Source: Thermoplasmatota archaeon (GTDB taxonomy: Archaea > Thermoplasmatota > E2 > JACPAO01 > JAHFTW01). From it: a stretch of DNA of 64,000 nt. The translations under genes were made by a program, and so were the position numbers. Numbering within the stretch: position 1 is the stretch's first letter; each line of letters opens with the position of its first letter. Below, one piece after another: positions 1 through 8,652 of the stretch. The notes under the pieces were generated by a model that was not told the DNA's origin, did not search any database, and saw only the letters and a list, made by a program, of their open reading frames with translations. The stretch is from positions 8,363 through 72,362 of the forward strand of contig JBFIHX010000012.1 of the NCBI GenBank assembly GCA_041601615.1, read 5' to 3'.

Positions 1-2
1 TT

Positions 3-2192
3 GTGTGGTGGGCGGCTCTGGTTGCGCCGTTGGTGAGCAGTTTGGTGGGTGTTGTGTCGTTGGCGTCGTTTGGGTTGGCGTCGTGGTCTGGTTTGGGGCC
101 GGTTTGGGCGACGTGGTATCTTGGGGATGCGACGGGAATTGTTGTTGTGGCTCCGGCGATTTTGCTTGCGACTCAGTGGCGAAATCTGCGTTGGGGGTCG
201 CTTTGGGAGGCGGTTGCGTATCCGGTTGTGTTGGTGTTGGTGGGGTTGTTGGCGTTTGGGCCGCTGCGGCCGTCAGGGTTGGTGGATGTGCGGTTGGGGG
301 CGTTGGCGTTGCCGGTGGTGGCGTGGGCGGCGATCCGGTTCGGGCCGCTTGTGGCGTCGTGGAGTACGTTGTTGTTGACGGGGATGGCGGTGGCAGGGAG
401 TCTTGCGCAGACGGTGGGGCCCACGGCGGGGAATCCGAACGTGGCGTTGTTGGAACTTCAGGGTTTGTTGGGGATTTTGACGTTGTTTGGTTTGTCCGTG
501 GCGGCGGTGGTGCATGAGCGCCGGTTGGCGTTTGAGGCGTTGGCGGCGTCCAATATGGGTTTGGAGGCGTTGGTGGAGGAGCGGACGATGCGGTTGCGGT
601 CAGCGATGCGGGATTTGCATGAGGCGCAGGAATTGGCAGGGCTTGGTAGTTGGACTTACAATGCTGGGTCGCACTTGTTTGGGGGTTCGCCATGGTTGCA
701 TCGGACGTTCGATGTGGCGACGGCGGCTCCCTTGGACGCATGGGTGCGCAACGTGGCGGCGGATGGTGATGTGTCGTTGCCGAAGGCGCTTCGTGGTGCG
801 ATGGCGCGTGGGGTGCCGTTTTCGTTCTCGATTCGTGTCCGGGTGGGGGATCGTGTTCGGCATTTGCAGTTCACGGGGACGCCGTTGCCGGGTCGCGGTT
901 GGCATGGGACGTGTCAGGACATCACGGTGGCCAAGGAGGCGGAGGCTGCGGCGCGTCATTTGGCGGTGTTGGTGGAGGCCAATCCATTGGCGTTGGTTGC
1001 GGCCACGGCGGATGGCACGATTGAGACTTGGAATGGTGCGGCGCAGGACTTGTTTGGGTATTCAGCAAAGGAGGCGCTGGGCATGAAGTTGGATCGATTG
1101 GTTCCGGAGGCGGACCGTGGCGAAATTCAGGGGTTGCGGGATCGGATCATGGCGGGCGGGGGCGTGGTGGAGATGCGGTGCGAGCGGTTGCACAAGGATG
1201 GGCGGTTGATTCCGGTGCATCTGACGTTGGCGCCGTTTGAGGACCCGGAGGATGGCGCGTTGCGGTTGATGGCGATTTTGCGTGATCGGCGGCCGGAGTT
1301 GGAGGCGCAGCGGATGGTGGATGAGGCGCGGCGCATTGAGCATGAGTTGAAGGCGTTGGATCATGTGACGATGCTCAAGAGTGAGTTCATCAACATGGCA
1401 AGTCATGAGTTGCGCACGCCGTTGACGCCGATTCGGGTGCAGTTGCATTTGTTGAAGTCGGGGGTGTTGGATGAGGCGGGGGCGATGCGGTCGTTGGTGG
1501 TGATGGAGCGCAATATGGTGCGGTTGTCTGATCTTGTGGAGGATATTTTTGCGGCGGCGAGGCTTCAGTCGGGTGGGTTTGCGATCCACACGAGGGAGGT
1601 GGAGTTTGCGAGCTTGGTGCATGATGTGGTGCATACGTTTGAAGCCCAGGCGCATGAGCATCAAGTGGCGTTGGATGTGCGGGTGCGTGGGTTTACGTCG
1701 TTGCAGGCGGATCCGGATCGGTTGACGCAGGTGTTGTTCAATTTGCTGGGCAATGCTCTGAAGTATGCTCCGGAGGGGAGCACGGTGCACGTGGATTTGG
1801 TTGGGGGTTCGCAGCATGTGCGGTTGGCGGTGGAGGATGAGGGTACGGGTGTGCCGGAGGCGTTGCTGGAGCGGTTGTTTGAGCCGTTTGGGCGGATGGA
1901 GTCGGATGGCAAGCCGGGCACGGGGTTGGGGTTGTACATTTGTAAGGGGATTGCAGAGTTGCATGGTGGCCGCATTCGGTTGGCGGCGAGTCGGTATGGG
2001 GATGGGGCTCGGTTTGAGGTGGTGTTGCCGCGAGGGGTGCCGCGAAGTGTGGCGCGGGGCTCGGTGGGCCCGGCGAGTCCGGCGGGGCGGGGTGAAGGTG
2101 GTGTGGGTCGCAAGCGGCCGGGGCGGCCGGGGCGGGCTGCGGAAGGCGCGAGGACTGTGGGGGAGGGGCGTGTGGGGAAATCTGGTGTTTGA
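3..2192 (+). CDS. Sensor histidine kinase (MASE1-like membrane domain, PAS, HisKA, HATPase_c); probably 5'-truncated by the window edge
   Basis: N-terminal TM helices with WYLGD (MASE1-like); PAS motifs WNGAAQDLFGY and HKDG; H-box SHELRTPL; N-box NLLGNALKY; G-boxes DEGTG and GTGLGL. Confidence 0.9.
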   Translation: MWWAALVAPLVSSLVGVVSLASFGLASWSGLGPVWATWYLGDATGIVVVAPAILLATQWRNLRWGSLWEAVAYPVVLVLVGLLAFGPLRPSGLVDVRLGALALPVVAWAAIRFGPLVASWSTLLLTGMAVAGSLAQTVGPTAGNPNVALLELQGLLGILTLFGLSVAAVVHERRLAFEALAASNMGLEALVEERTMRLRSAMRDLHEAQELAGLGSWTYNAGSHLFGGSPWLHRTFDVATAAPLDAWVRNVAADGDVSLPKALRGAMARGVPFSFSIRVRVGDRVRHLQFTGTPLPGRGWHGTCQDITVAKEAEAAARHLAVLVEANPLALVAATADGTIETWNGAAQDLFGYSAKEALGMKLDRLVPEADRGEIQGLRDRIMAGGGVVEMRCERLHKDGRLIPVHLTLAPFEDPEDGALRLMAILRDRRPELEAQRMVDEARRIEHELKALDHVTMLKSEFINMASHELRTPLTPIRVQLHLLKSGVLDEAGAMRSLVVMERNMVRLSDLVEDIFAAARLQSGGFAIHTREVEFASLVHDVVHTFEAQAHEHQVALDVRVRGFTSLQADPDRLTQVLFNLLGNALKYAPEGSTVHVDLVGGSQHVRLAVEDEGTGVPEALLERLFEPFGRMESDGKPGTGLGLYICKGIAELHGGRIRLAASRYGDGARFEVVLPRGVPRSVARGSVGPASPAGRGEGGVGRKRPGRPGRAAEGARTVGEGRVGKSGV

Positions 2193-2295
2193 GGGGTGTC
2201 TTGGGGTTGGTTGCGCAACCACCTGGTTTGGTGGCGGGGTCTGAGGGCGTTGGTTGTGCCGCAATAGGTATAGTCCAGTACGTTGGGGCAGGGTC

Positions 2296-2754
2296 ATGCA
2301 GCAGGTGTCCGTTCGATCTGCCGGTGCCGGCGATAGCCCGGCGTGGTTGCGGATGCGCAAGGCGTTGTGGCCGCAGCTTGAGGCCCGGGATCATATTCAG
2401 GAGCTTACGGTGCTGTTGGATCAGGACGCTGATGAGGGGGCTGTGTTTTTGGCCAGCGACGGAGAGGCGATTGTGGGATTTTTGGAGGTGAGTCGGGCGC
2501 CGGATGCTCCTGGTTGTACGACGGAGCCGGTGGCGTTGCTGGAGGCGTGGTTTGTGGAGCCGCCGTGCCGGCGCGCGGGCATTGGCCGAGCGTTGGTGGA
2601 GGCTGCGGAGGCGTGGGCGCAGGCGTTGGGTCTGCGGGAGTTGGCGTCGGATGCGCATGCGGAGAATCGTGTCAGCCGTGTGGCGCATCGGGCGCTTGGG
2701 TTTGAGGAGACGGACGAGGACGTGCACTTTCGCAAGGACGTTCCGATTTTTTAG
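2296..2754 (+). CDS. GNAT N-acetyltransferase, aminoglycoside 6'-N-acetyltransferase-like
   Basis: WLRMRKALWP, LEAWFV..RRAGIGRALV and ELASDA..EN..S..AHRALGF motifs; ATG at 2296 preferred over the ORF-track start. Confidence 0.8.
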   Translation: MQQVSVRSAGAGDSPAWLRMRKALWPQLEARDHIQELTVLLDQDADEGAVFLASDGEAIVGFLEVSRAPDAPGCTTEPVALLEAWFVEPPCRRAGIGRALVEAAEAWAQALGLRELASDAHAENRVSRVAHRALGFEETDEDVHFRKDVPIF

Positions 2755-3077
2755 CGCTGGAATTGGCGGCGCGTTTCTAGGATGTTTTCGAGGCGCATCC
2801 AGTCGGTGTGGAGGATGGCACCTGCAACACCGGCGGTTTTGGAGAGGTGGGTGAATTCCCAGCAGGCGGTGGCGTCTTGGCCAAGCAGTTCGATTTGGGC
2901 CAGGGGCATGCCGGCGTCGCGGGCGATGCTTTCCATGTCGGCGAGTGCTTTGTCGGGAATTTCTGGCGCGTAGTCTAGGTTGAGCAGGCGCGGGGGGGCC
3001 GTGGCGGGCTCGGGCGCGGTGAGCGCGGAGGAGAGGGTGGAGGCGGGGGTCGTGCGAAGGGCTGTGTCGAAGTCCAT
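2751..3077 (-). CDS. Hypothetical protein
   Basis: 108-aa ATG ORF with protein-like composition; 4-nt convergent overlap with the GNAT stop. Confidence 0.55.
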   Translation of the reverse strand: MDFDTALRTTPASTLSSALTAPEPATAPPRLLNLDYAPEIPDKALADMESIARDAGMPLAQIELLGQDATACWEFTHLSKTAGVAGAILHTDWMRLENILETRRQFQR

Positions 3078-3162
3078 GCCTGTGCCTTGGCGTTGGTTGG
3101 GCTAGGTCTTCGTCACGAATGCGTGGAATTGGGCCGGAGGCGGGCGCGGGGACGGGGGGTGT

Positions 3163-3747
3163 TCAGCGCAGGCTGTCGAGTTGCCATTGGTACTCGGCTT
3201 TGGTGATGGCGCCGATGGCGAGTTGTCGTTCAAGTCGGGCGCGGCGTTCGGCGGTGTTGTTGGGTAGGTAGCTGCTGCCGTCGAGTGTGCTTGGCGCGGA
3301 GGCGGGAGCGGGTCGAGCCGTGGCCGGAGGCGTGGGTGCGGAAGTGGGTGGGGGCGATTTTGCGGGTGCTGCGGTTTTGAATTCTACGGGGGCGGCTTTG
3401 GCGTGGACTCCGCCGGCGGGGCGCAGTGCTTCGGCGATGGCTTGGGCGGCGCCTCGTTCGATCATCCAGAATTCTAGGCGGCGTCCGGTCTTGGTCTTCA
3501 ATACGAGGGAGCCGTAGCGTTCGGTGCGTTGGGTGACGCGTTCGATTTCGTCGCGGTTGACTTCGCGCAGGAAGGTTCGAATCACGCGGCGGGAGACAAA
3601 CAGGACACGGCGGTCGGTGACGGCGAGGAGGCCGACGCGGCCGTCGAGGTCGGCTTGTACGATGCGGACGGCTTTCTCGCCCTTGCGGTACTGCGCGCGC
3701 AGGGCGTCCCGGTCGCGGCGGGACAGAAATTCGGGGGTGCCTGTCAA
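3163..3747 (-). CDS. Bacterial PH-domain protein with Pro-rich linker and C-terminal SHOCT-like helix
   Basis: GLLAVTDRRVLFV (bPH motif); C-terminal GAITKAEY (SHOCT-like); 2 nt downstream of the RND gene. Confidence 0.7.
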   Translation of the reverse strand: MTGTPEFLSRRDRDALRAQYRKGEKAVRIVQADLDGRVGLLAVTDRRVLFVSRRVIRTFLREVNRDEIERVTQRTERYGSLVLKTKTGRRLEFWMIERGAAQAIAEALRPAGGVHAKAAPVEFKTAAPAKSPPPTSAPTPPATARPAPASAPSTLDGSSYLPNNTAERRARLERQLAIGAITKAEYQWQLDSLR

Positions 3748-3749
3748 GT

Positions 3750-6407
3750 CTATGGCTCCTGGGTCGTGCTGGCCTTGGGGCGACGGACGGCTTTGACCTT
3801 CTTCGGGCCATCGTTTTGGACACTGGGGGGCAGGGGTGCGTCCATCGCGCTTGTTTTTTCGCCTTTGGCGAGGACCTTGTAGAACACAGGAATCACAAGC
3901 ATGGTCGCTGCGAAGATGACGAAGATGGCGACGGTGGTTGCGATCATGGTGCGGCTGACGGCGACGTTGCGAATGAACGTGAAGATCGCAAATGCGCCGG
4001 CGGTGGTGATGGCCGAAAACAGGATGGCTTTACCTGTGGTTTCGAACACTTCGCGCGCGTTGCCGACTTTCTTGAGGTTCCAGATGATGTGCACGGCGTA
4101 ATCGGTTCCTATGTTGAAGATGAACACCAGGGGCAGCATCAGGGTGATTGCGAGGCCGATGTCCATGAAGGGCAGGATGCCGAGCCACCAGATGCTTGTG
4201 ATGCCCGCGAGCGCTGTGGCGACGATGGTGGCTTTGATGTCGCGGGTAAACAGGAGCACGAGTGCAAACAGGATGATTGTGGCGGCGACACTCATGTAGG
4301 TTAGCCAGGGCAGTTCTTCGGCTACGAACAGGTAGTTGGTTGCTGTGTTGCCGACGAATGCTACGTGGACGCCGTCGGGTGCGGAGCCGCCGAAGGTTTG
4401 GTTGGCGGCGGCGACGGCGGACCAGACTTGGTGCCAGACTTCTTCGGCCTCGTCGTAGGTTGCAGCTTGGACACTGAAGGTCATGGCGCCCATGTTCATC
4501 GTGGGGTGGTTGAGGATGATGCTGGCCAGTTCGCGCATGGGGCTTGCAAACATCGCGTTGGCTTCGGCACGGATTTCAGACTCGGTTGTGGGGAACGTGG
4601 TTTGGTCAGCGCAGGGTGCTCCGCCTTGGCCAAGGGGTCCGAGCAGAACATCCAGGGTGTCGGGGGCGCGCTCGGCGCCGAGGGCGGCTACGGCGCAGGG
4701 TCCGCCGCCTTTGACGGTGAGCCATGTTTCGAGGAAGAAGGGAATCGTGCGCAGGGTGTCGGAGATGACGCGGTCTTGGTGCTTGAGATTCTCTTCGATG
4801 GTGCGGTAGTATTGGATGGCGTCTGGAGAGAGGATGCCGGGTCCTTCGAACGTGAGGATGTTGGCCTTCACGTCGGGGTCTTCCATGTCGTAGAACCATC
4901 GCAGGCCTTGCTCGTGTTCGATGCGCACGGGGTCGTCTGCGGGGAAGTTTTTGCCGGGGTCGCCGAACGCTTCTTCTTCGAGGTTGAGGCTGCTTGCGTA
5001 GGCGCCGGCGCTAAGAAGGATGACGACGCCAAGAACGCCCCATCGGCCTCGGGTGACGCCGCGGGCGAGGCTGGGCATGAAGTTGCTTGGGGCAAAGCTT
5101 GCGCCCATCTTGTCCGTGCCGCCAAGCAGTGTGAGTGCAGCGGGGATGAAGGTGATGGTGAGGAGGAAGATCGCGGCGATGGCGATGGCGGAAAGGAAGC
5201 CCAGTTGCGCCATCAAGAGGCTTGGCGAGATCATCATGACGACGAGGCCAAGCACGGTGGTCATGGTGGCGATGAACATGGCGAGGCCGGCGCGGCTTCC
5301 GGCTTCTTGGAACGCTTCGGCGTCGGTGTGGCCGTGCGCTTTGTGCTCCAAAAATTCGTTGATCATGTGGATGGCATAGTCGATGCCGACGCCCATGATG
5401 AGCGGCACGATGGTCATGTTGAGGGTGTTGAGCGCGATGCCCATGTAGCCCATGGTGCCGTAGGTCCAGGTGACGCCCACGCCGAGGGCGGTAAATGAGA
5501 TGATGATGGAGCGGATGTTTCGGAAGGCCAGAAACAGGAAGAAAATGATGAGCACACTGATGATGGGCATCAGTTTGACCATGTCTTCTTCGACGAGGTT
5601 GCTGCTGTGGCTGTTGGCCACGGGCAGGTCGACGGTCAAGAGGGGCGGATTTTGGGAGCCCCAGATGGTGAATTCGGTGTCGCCTGCGTCCACGGCGGCA
5701 ACGTAGGCGTTGCGGGCGGCGATGATTTGGTCGCCGAGGGTGCGCATGTCGGTGGGGTTGTCTGCTGCGGGCATGAACAGCAGGACACCGTGGTCCCAGT
5801 CGGGCGCGGCGAGGGCGTCGACGGTGTCGAGGACGGCGGCTTGCACGACTTGTTCTACGGCGAGGTATTGGAGCGCTTCTTGTTGGCTGCCGTAGCCGGG
5901 GAGCTTGAAGTCGGATTCACTGGCGGTGCCTTGGCCGTTGTAGCCGTCGCCGCCCGCGATGGTCCAGTTGATGAGCGCGTAGATGTTGTTGATGCTGACT
6001 TGGCGCTCGAAGTCTGTGCGTTGTTCGATGAAGTCGGCCAGCTCTTGCATGGCTCGAATGTAGACTTCGTCTGTGATGTTGCCCACGTCTCGTTGCGTCA
6101 CGCGATACTGGAGCTGTTCGTCGTCGGCTTCCCAGTATTTGCCGTCCTCGTCCATGTGCAACTGGAACGTCACTTGTTGCGTGAATGTGGACTTGAATTG
6201 GGTGGTGAGGTTGTGTGCCGCTTCCGTATTCGGGTTGCCGCGTGGCAACACGTCCGCAACGTCCACGTTGGTGGTGATGAGCGTGATGCCGTAGCCAAGG
6301 ATTCCCGTGAGCAGGAGCACTACGAGCACGACGGCTTTGGCGTTCTTGCTGCTCCACAGGCTCGTGGAGGCGATTGCATTGGAGACGACTTGTTCTGGCT
6401 TTGCCAC
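3750..6407 (-). CDS. RND/MMPL family transporter
   Basis: 885 aa with a duplicated 1+5 TM architecture; GVGIDYAIH and IGTDYAVH motifs. Confidence 0.9.
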   Translation of the reverse strand: MAKPEQVVSNAIASTSLWSSKNAKAVVLVVLLLTGILGYGITLITTNVDVADVLPRGNPNTEAAHNLTTQFKSTFTQQVTFQLHMDEDGKYWEADDEQLQYRVTQRDVGNITDEVYIRAMQELADFIEQRTDFERQVSINNIYALINWTIAGGDGYNGQGTASESDFKLPGYGSQQEALQYLAVEQVVQAAVLDTVDALAAPDWDHGVLLFMPAADNPTDMRTLGDQIIAARNAYVAAVDAGDTEFTIWGSQNPPLLTVDLPVANSHSSNLVEEDMVKLMPIISVLIIFFLFLAFRNIRSIIISFTALGVGVTWTYGTMGYMGIALNTLNMTIVPLIMGVGIDYAIHMINEFLEHKAHGHTDAEAFQEAGSRAGLAMFIATMTTVLGLVVMMISPSLLMAQLGFLSAIAIAAIFLLTITFIPAALTLLGGTDKMGASFAPSNFMPSLARGVTRGRWGVLGVVILLSAGAYASSLNLEEEAFGDPGKNFPADDPVRIEHEQGLRWFYDMEDPDVKANILTFEGPGILSPDAIQYYRTIEENLKHQDRVISDTLRTIPFFLETWLTVKGGGPCAVAALGAERAPDTLDVLLGPLGQGGAPCADQTTFPTTESEIRAEANAMFASPMRELASIILNHPTMNMGAMTFSVQAATYDEAEEVWHQVWSAVAAANQTFGGSAPDGVHVAFVGNTATNYLFVAEELPWLTYMSVAATIILFALVLLFTRDIKATIVATALAGITSIWWLGILPFMDIGLAITLMLPLVFIFNIGTDYAVHIIWNLKKVGNAREVFETTGKAILFSAITTAGAFAIFTFIRNVAVSRTMIATTVAIFVIFAATMLVIPVFYKVLAKGEKTSAMDAPLPPSVQNDGPKKVKAVRRPKASTTQEP

Positions 6408-6533
6408 GAGCGACCCAATCAGCGACCGGGGGGCTGGGTTTTAGGGCTTCTTGAAGGCGGTTGCCGCAGACAGGGACCAAGACCGCCGGTCCGGCAAACG
6501 GGTGAGCTAAGGCATTGCCTGTCGTTCGATTAG

Positions 6534-7286
6534 CTAAGTGATTAACCCAAGCAGTTCGTCAATGCGGGATGTGGCTTCGTCGCGAGAAAGCTGTCCACCA
6601 CCATATCGTGCAAGCGCAGATTCGTCGCCGGGAATTGCAGTGAGTATCTCAACGAGGAAGGGCGCCTTGTCCATCTGTTCACCCAGAAATCCAACCTCCC
6701 AATCGGGTCCGGATATACCTGAATCGAGGATTGCCAAAACATCACTTCTGTCCTTGACGAGCTTGTCTGCATCGTATATGGCGTCTAGGCTTGTCCCCGC
6801 TTCAAGGCGGCTGGTCCGATCATAACACGCTTTGATTTTGAACAGCAATAATAAGGAGCGCGTCGGAATCTTTACTCGACGTCCATTTACTTTGCCTTCG
6901 ACGTGGTGGTTCTTGACCAATTCAAAATCCAGTCGTTCGTCGCGCCCCTCGAAATGATGCGATTCGCTATAGCCTGCCACATCGACGTAGATTCGGCGCG
7001 GCCTCGGGTCCTCGGGCGGCCCCTCAAAATCCCGCCAAGTGCCTTGCCAACCATCGCGTTGCTTATTGATTCTCTCGTAGCTGTGTTCGCTTGTCAACCA
7101 GGAGAGTAGGCGCCAACGGCGTTTGGCGTTCAGAACGAGATCGATGTCCGTGCTCTTCTCATACGGATTGTAGGCATACACAGCCCAACCCCCAACCAAT
7201 ACCGTGGGGTTGTCGCCATCCGTTTTTTCCCCGAGGTAATCCAGGATTCGGTTGAGTTCGTCTTCGCTACGATCTTTGATGTTCAC
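6534..7286 (-). CDS. AbiEii-like nucleotidyltransferase (type IV TA toxin-like)
   Basis: VLVGGWAV...STDIDL (pol-beta superfamily NTase motif), LLFKIKA and KDRSD motifs; GTG start at 7286 with upstream GGAGG, overlapping the partner gene's end. Confidence 0.75.
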   Translation of the reverse strand: MNIKDRSEDELNRILDYLGEKTDGDNPTVLVGGWAVYAYNPYEKSTDIDLVLNAKRRWRLLSWLTSEHSYERINKQRDGWQGTWRDFEGPPEDPRPRRIYVDVAGYSESHHFEGRDERLDFELVKNHHVEGKVNGRRVKIPTRSLLLLFKIKACYDRTSRLEAGTSLDAIYDADKLVKDRSDVLAILDSGISGPDWEVGFLGEQMDKAPFLVEILTAIPGDESALARYGGGQLSRDEATSRIDELLGLIT

Positions 7287-8262
7287 TTTGTAACGCCTCC
7301 ACCAATCGCAACGCGGTATCACGCGCAGAGTAGCCCATGCCGGCCACGTCAAGCAAGGCTTGCCGTAGACTGACGCATTTCCTTGGGCCTTCTCCCTTCG
7401 CCCCCGGCGCCATCGGCCGATCGGGCATGTAGACTGTGAATCGGACGCCGCCATCATTGTGCAAGCCCTGCATGGCGGCTTCCAACGTGTCGGAATCGTT
7501 GGCGTATACCTGGATGGTGCTGTGGTGAAGTAGGACATCATCGTATTCCATTGCGGCCGTACGGCCGCATAAATGGAAGCCGGGCGGGCTCAAGTTCTCT
7601 ACAATATCCGGCCATTGGTGCTGAAGATGCCCTATAGCATCCTCCCAATCATGGATTCCAGTTTCAACCGAACCAACGCGAAGTTTCTCGAACGGGCGTT
7701 CGCTAGCGACTTGGTCCAAGAGTCGCAAGAGTCCGTCCCGTGGCACATCCCCGTCTTCAGAGAGGATTCCTCGGGACTGCAACCCGCGAACCACGCCCGA
7801 CGTCCATCCGAGGCTTGTATCGACTTCATCAGCGAGCCGCCGGACACCGGGGTTGTGCCCTTGCGCAACAACTTCCGCGACCACGTTCCAAGCTTTGGGC
7901 TTCGTGATTGGAAGCAAGTTGATTGCTCGCCCCCCCAGCAGGCGCATCGGGATTGAGACGGTTGTGATGTGCATTTTCGCGGCCAAAGCTTCGACGTTTC
8001 GTGAAAAAGACGGGGCGGCCAAGACTCCCCTTACCCGTCCGGTCGGCTCGTAGGGACCAAGCAGAGCAGGATTTTGCGTGTATAGGTGAACTTGTCCAAG
8101 CGCGTCCATGCCGGCAGTTTCGGCCTTCATCTCGACGAGATAAGTGTCCGCACCATCTTCAATGACGAAATCAATGTGACCTACTTCGGTTCGGACCTCC
8201 TCGTGGATGACGCGGCCTTCCAAGCGCAGCGTCTTCAGGAGGTACTCGTCCAATTGGCCCAT
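7267..8262 (-). CDS. PD-(D/E)xK (NucS-like) nuclease - winged HTH - AbiEi-like antitoxin fusion
   Basis: E..GHID..VEMK..GQVHLY..RGVLAAP nuclease motif; HTH VRRLADEVDTSLGWTSGVVRGL; AbiEi_2-like C-terminus (GRTAA ... VSLRQALLD); ATG at 8262 preferred. Confidence 0.7.
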   Translation of the reverse strand: MGQLDEYLLKTLRLEGRVIHEEVRTEVGHIDFVIEDGADTYLVEMKAETAGMDALGQVHLYTQNPALLGPYEPTGRVRGVLAAPSFSRNVEALAAKMHITTVSIPMRLLGGRAINLLPITKPKAWNVVAEVVAQGHNPGVRRLADEVDTSLGWTSGVVRGLQSRGILSEDGDVPRDGLLRLLDQVASERPFEKLRVGSVETGIHDWEDAIGHLQHQWPDIVENLSPPGFHLCGRTAAMEYDDVLLHHSTIQVYANDSDTLEAAMQGLHNDGGVRFTVYMPDRPMAPGAKGEGPRKCVSLRQALLDVAGMGYSARDTALRLVEALQSEHQRS

Positions 8263-8264
8263 AT

Positions 8265-8347
8265 GTTCAGTGAACGCCAGGGAGTACAAAAACTGTTCAG
8301 TGAACACCGTTCAGTGAAAACTGGCGAAAATCGATGGTTCAGTGAAC
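8265..8347. promoter_or_regulatory. Array of four palindromic operator-like sites GTTCA-G-TGAAC
   Basis: Copies at 8265-8275, 8295-8305, 8309-8319 (one mismatch) and 8337-8347; the first two flank a minus-strand TTTTTGTA TATA-like box. Confidence 0.75.
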
Positions 8348-8397
8348 GATGTGCACGCATGGGGGGCGCCCGCCGAACCGCAAGCGGCACCAGCGCC

Positions 8398-8652
8398 CTA
8401 TCTTGGCGCGTACGCCCCGCGATAATACTGCACGAAGTGCCACGTCAGCGCCCCGAGTGCCACGAATACGAGCGGGTAGGTGCCCCAGTAGAGCAATCGC
8501 AGCAGCAAGGCGCTCTCGCGGGCTGTCAGGTCGCCGTGCCAGAGCCGCAGGCCCATGCTGACGAGGATGAACACCAGGCTTGACAGGAAGGAGAGGGCGA
8601 GGCTGACTCGGAACACGTCCCAGGCGCGCACGGGGCGCCTCGTTCCGCTCAA
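8398..8652 (-). CDS. Small two-TM membrane protein
   Basis: Two hydrophobic helices; TTGA start/stop overlap with speA. Confidence 0.6.
   Translation of the reverse strand: MSGTRRPVRAWDVFRVSLALSFLSSLVFILVSMGLRLWHGDLTARESALLLRLLYWGTYPLVFVALGALTWHFVQYYRGAYAPR

Noticed and set aside
6534-7541. Extended N-terminus of the nucleotidyltransferase as given by the ORF track
   Set aside because: It would overlap the upstream gene by ~275 nt; the GTG at 7286 has an SD and gives a typical domain start
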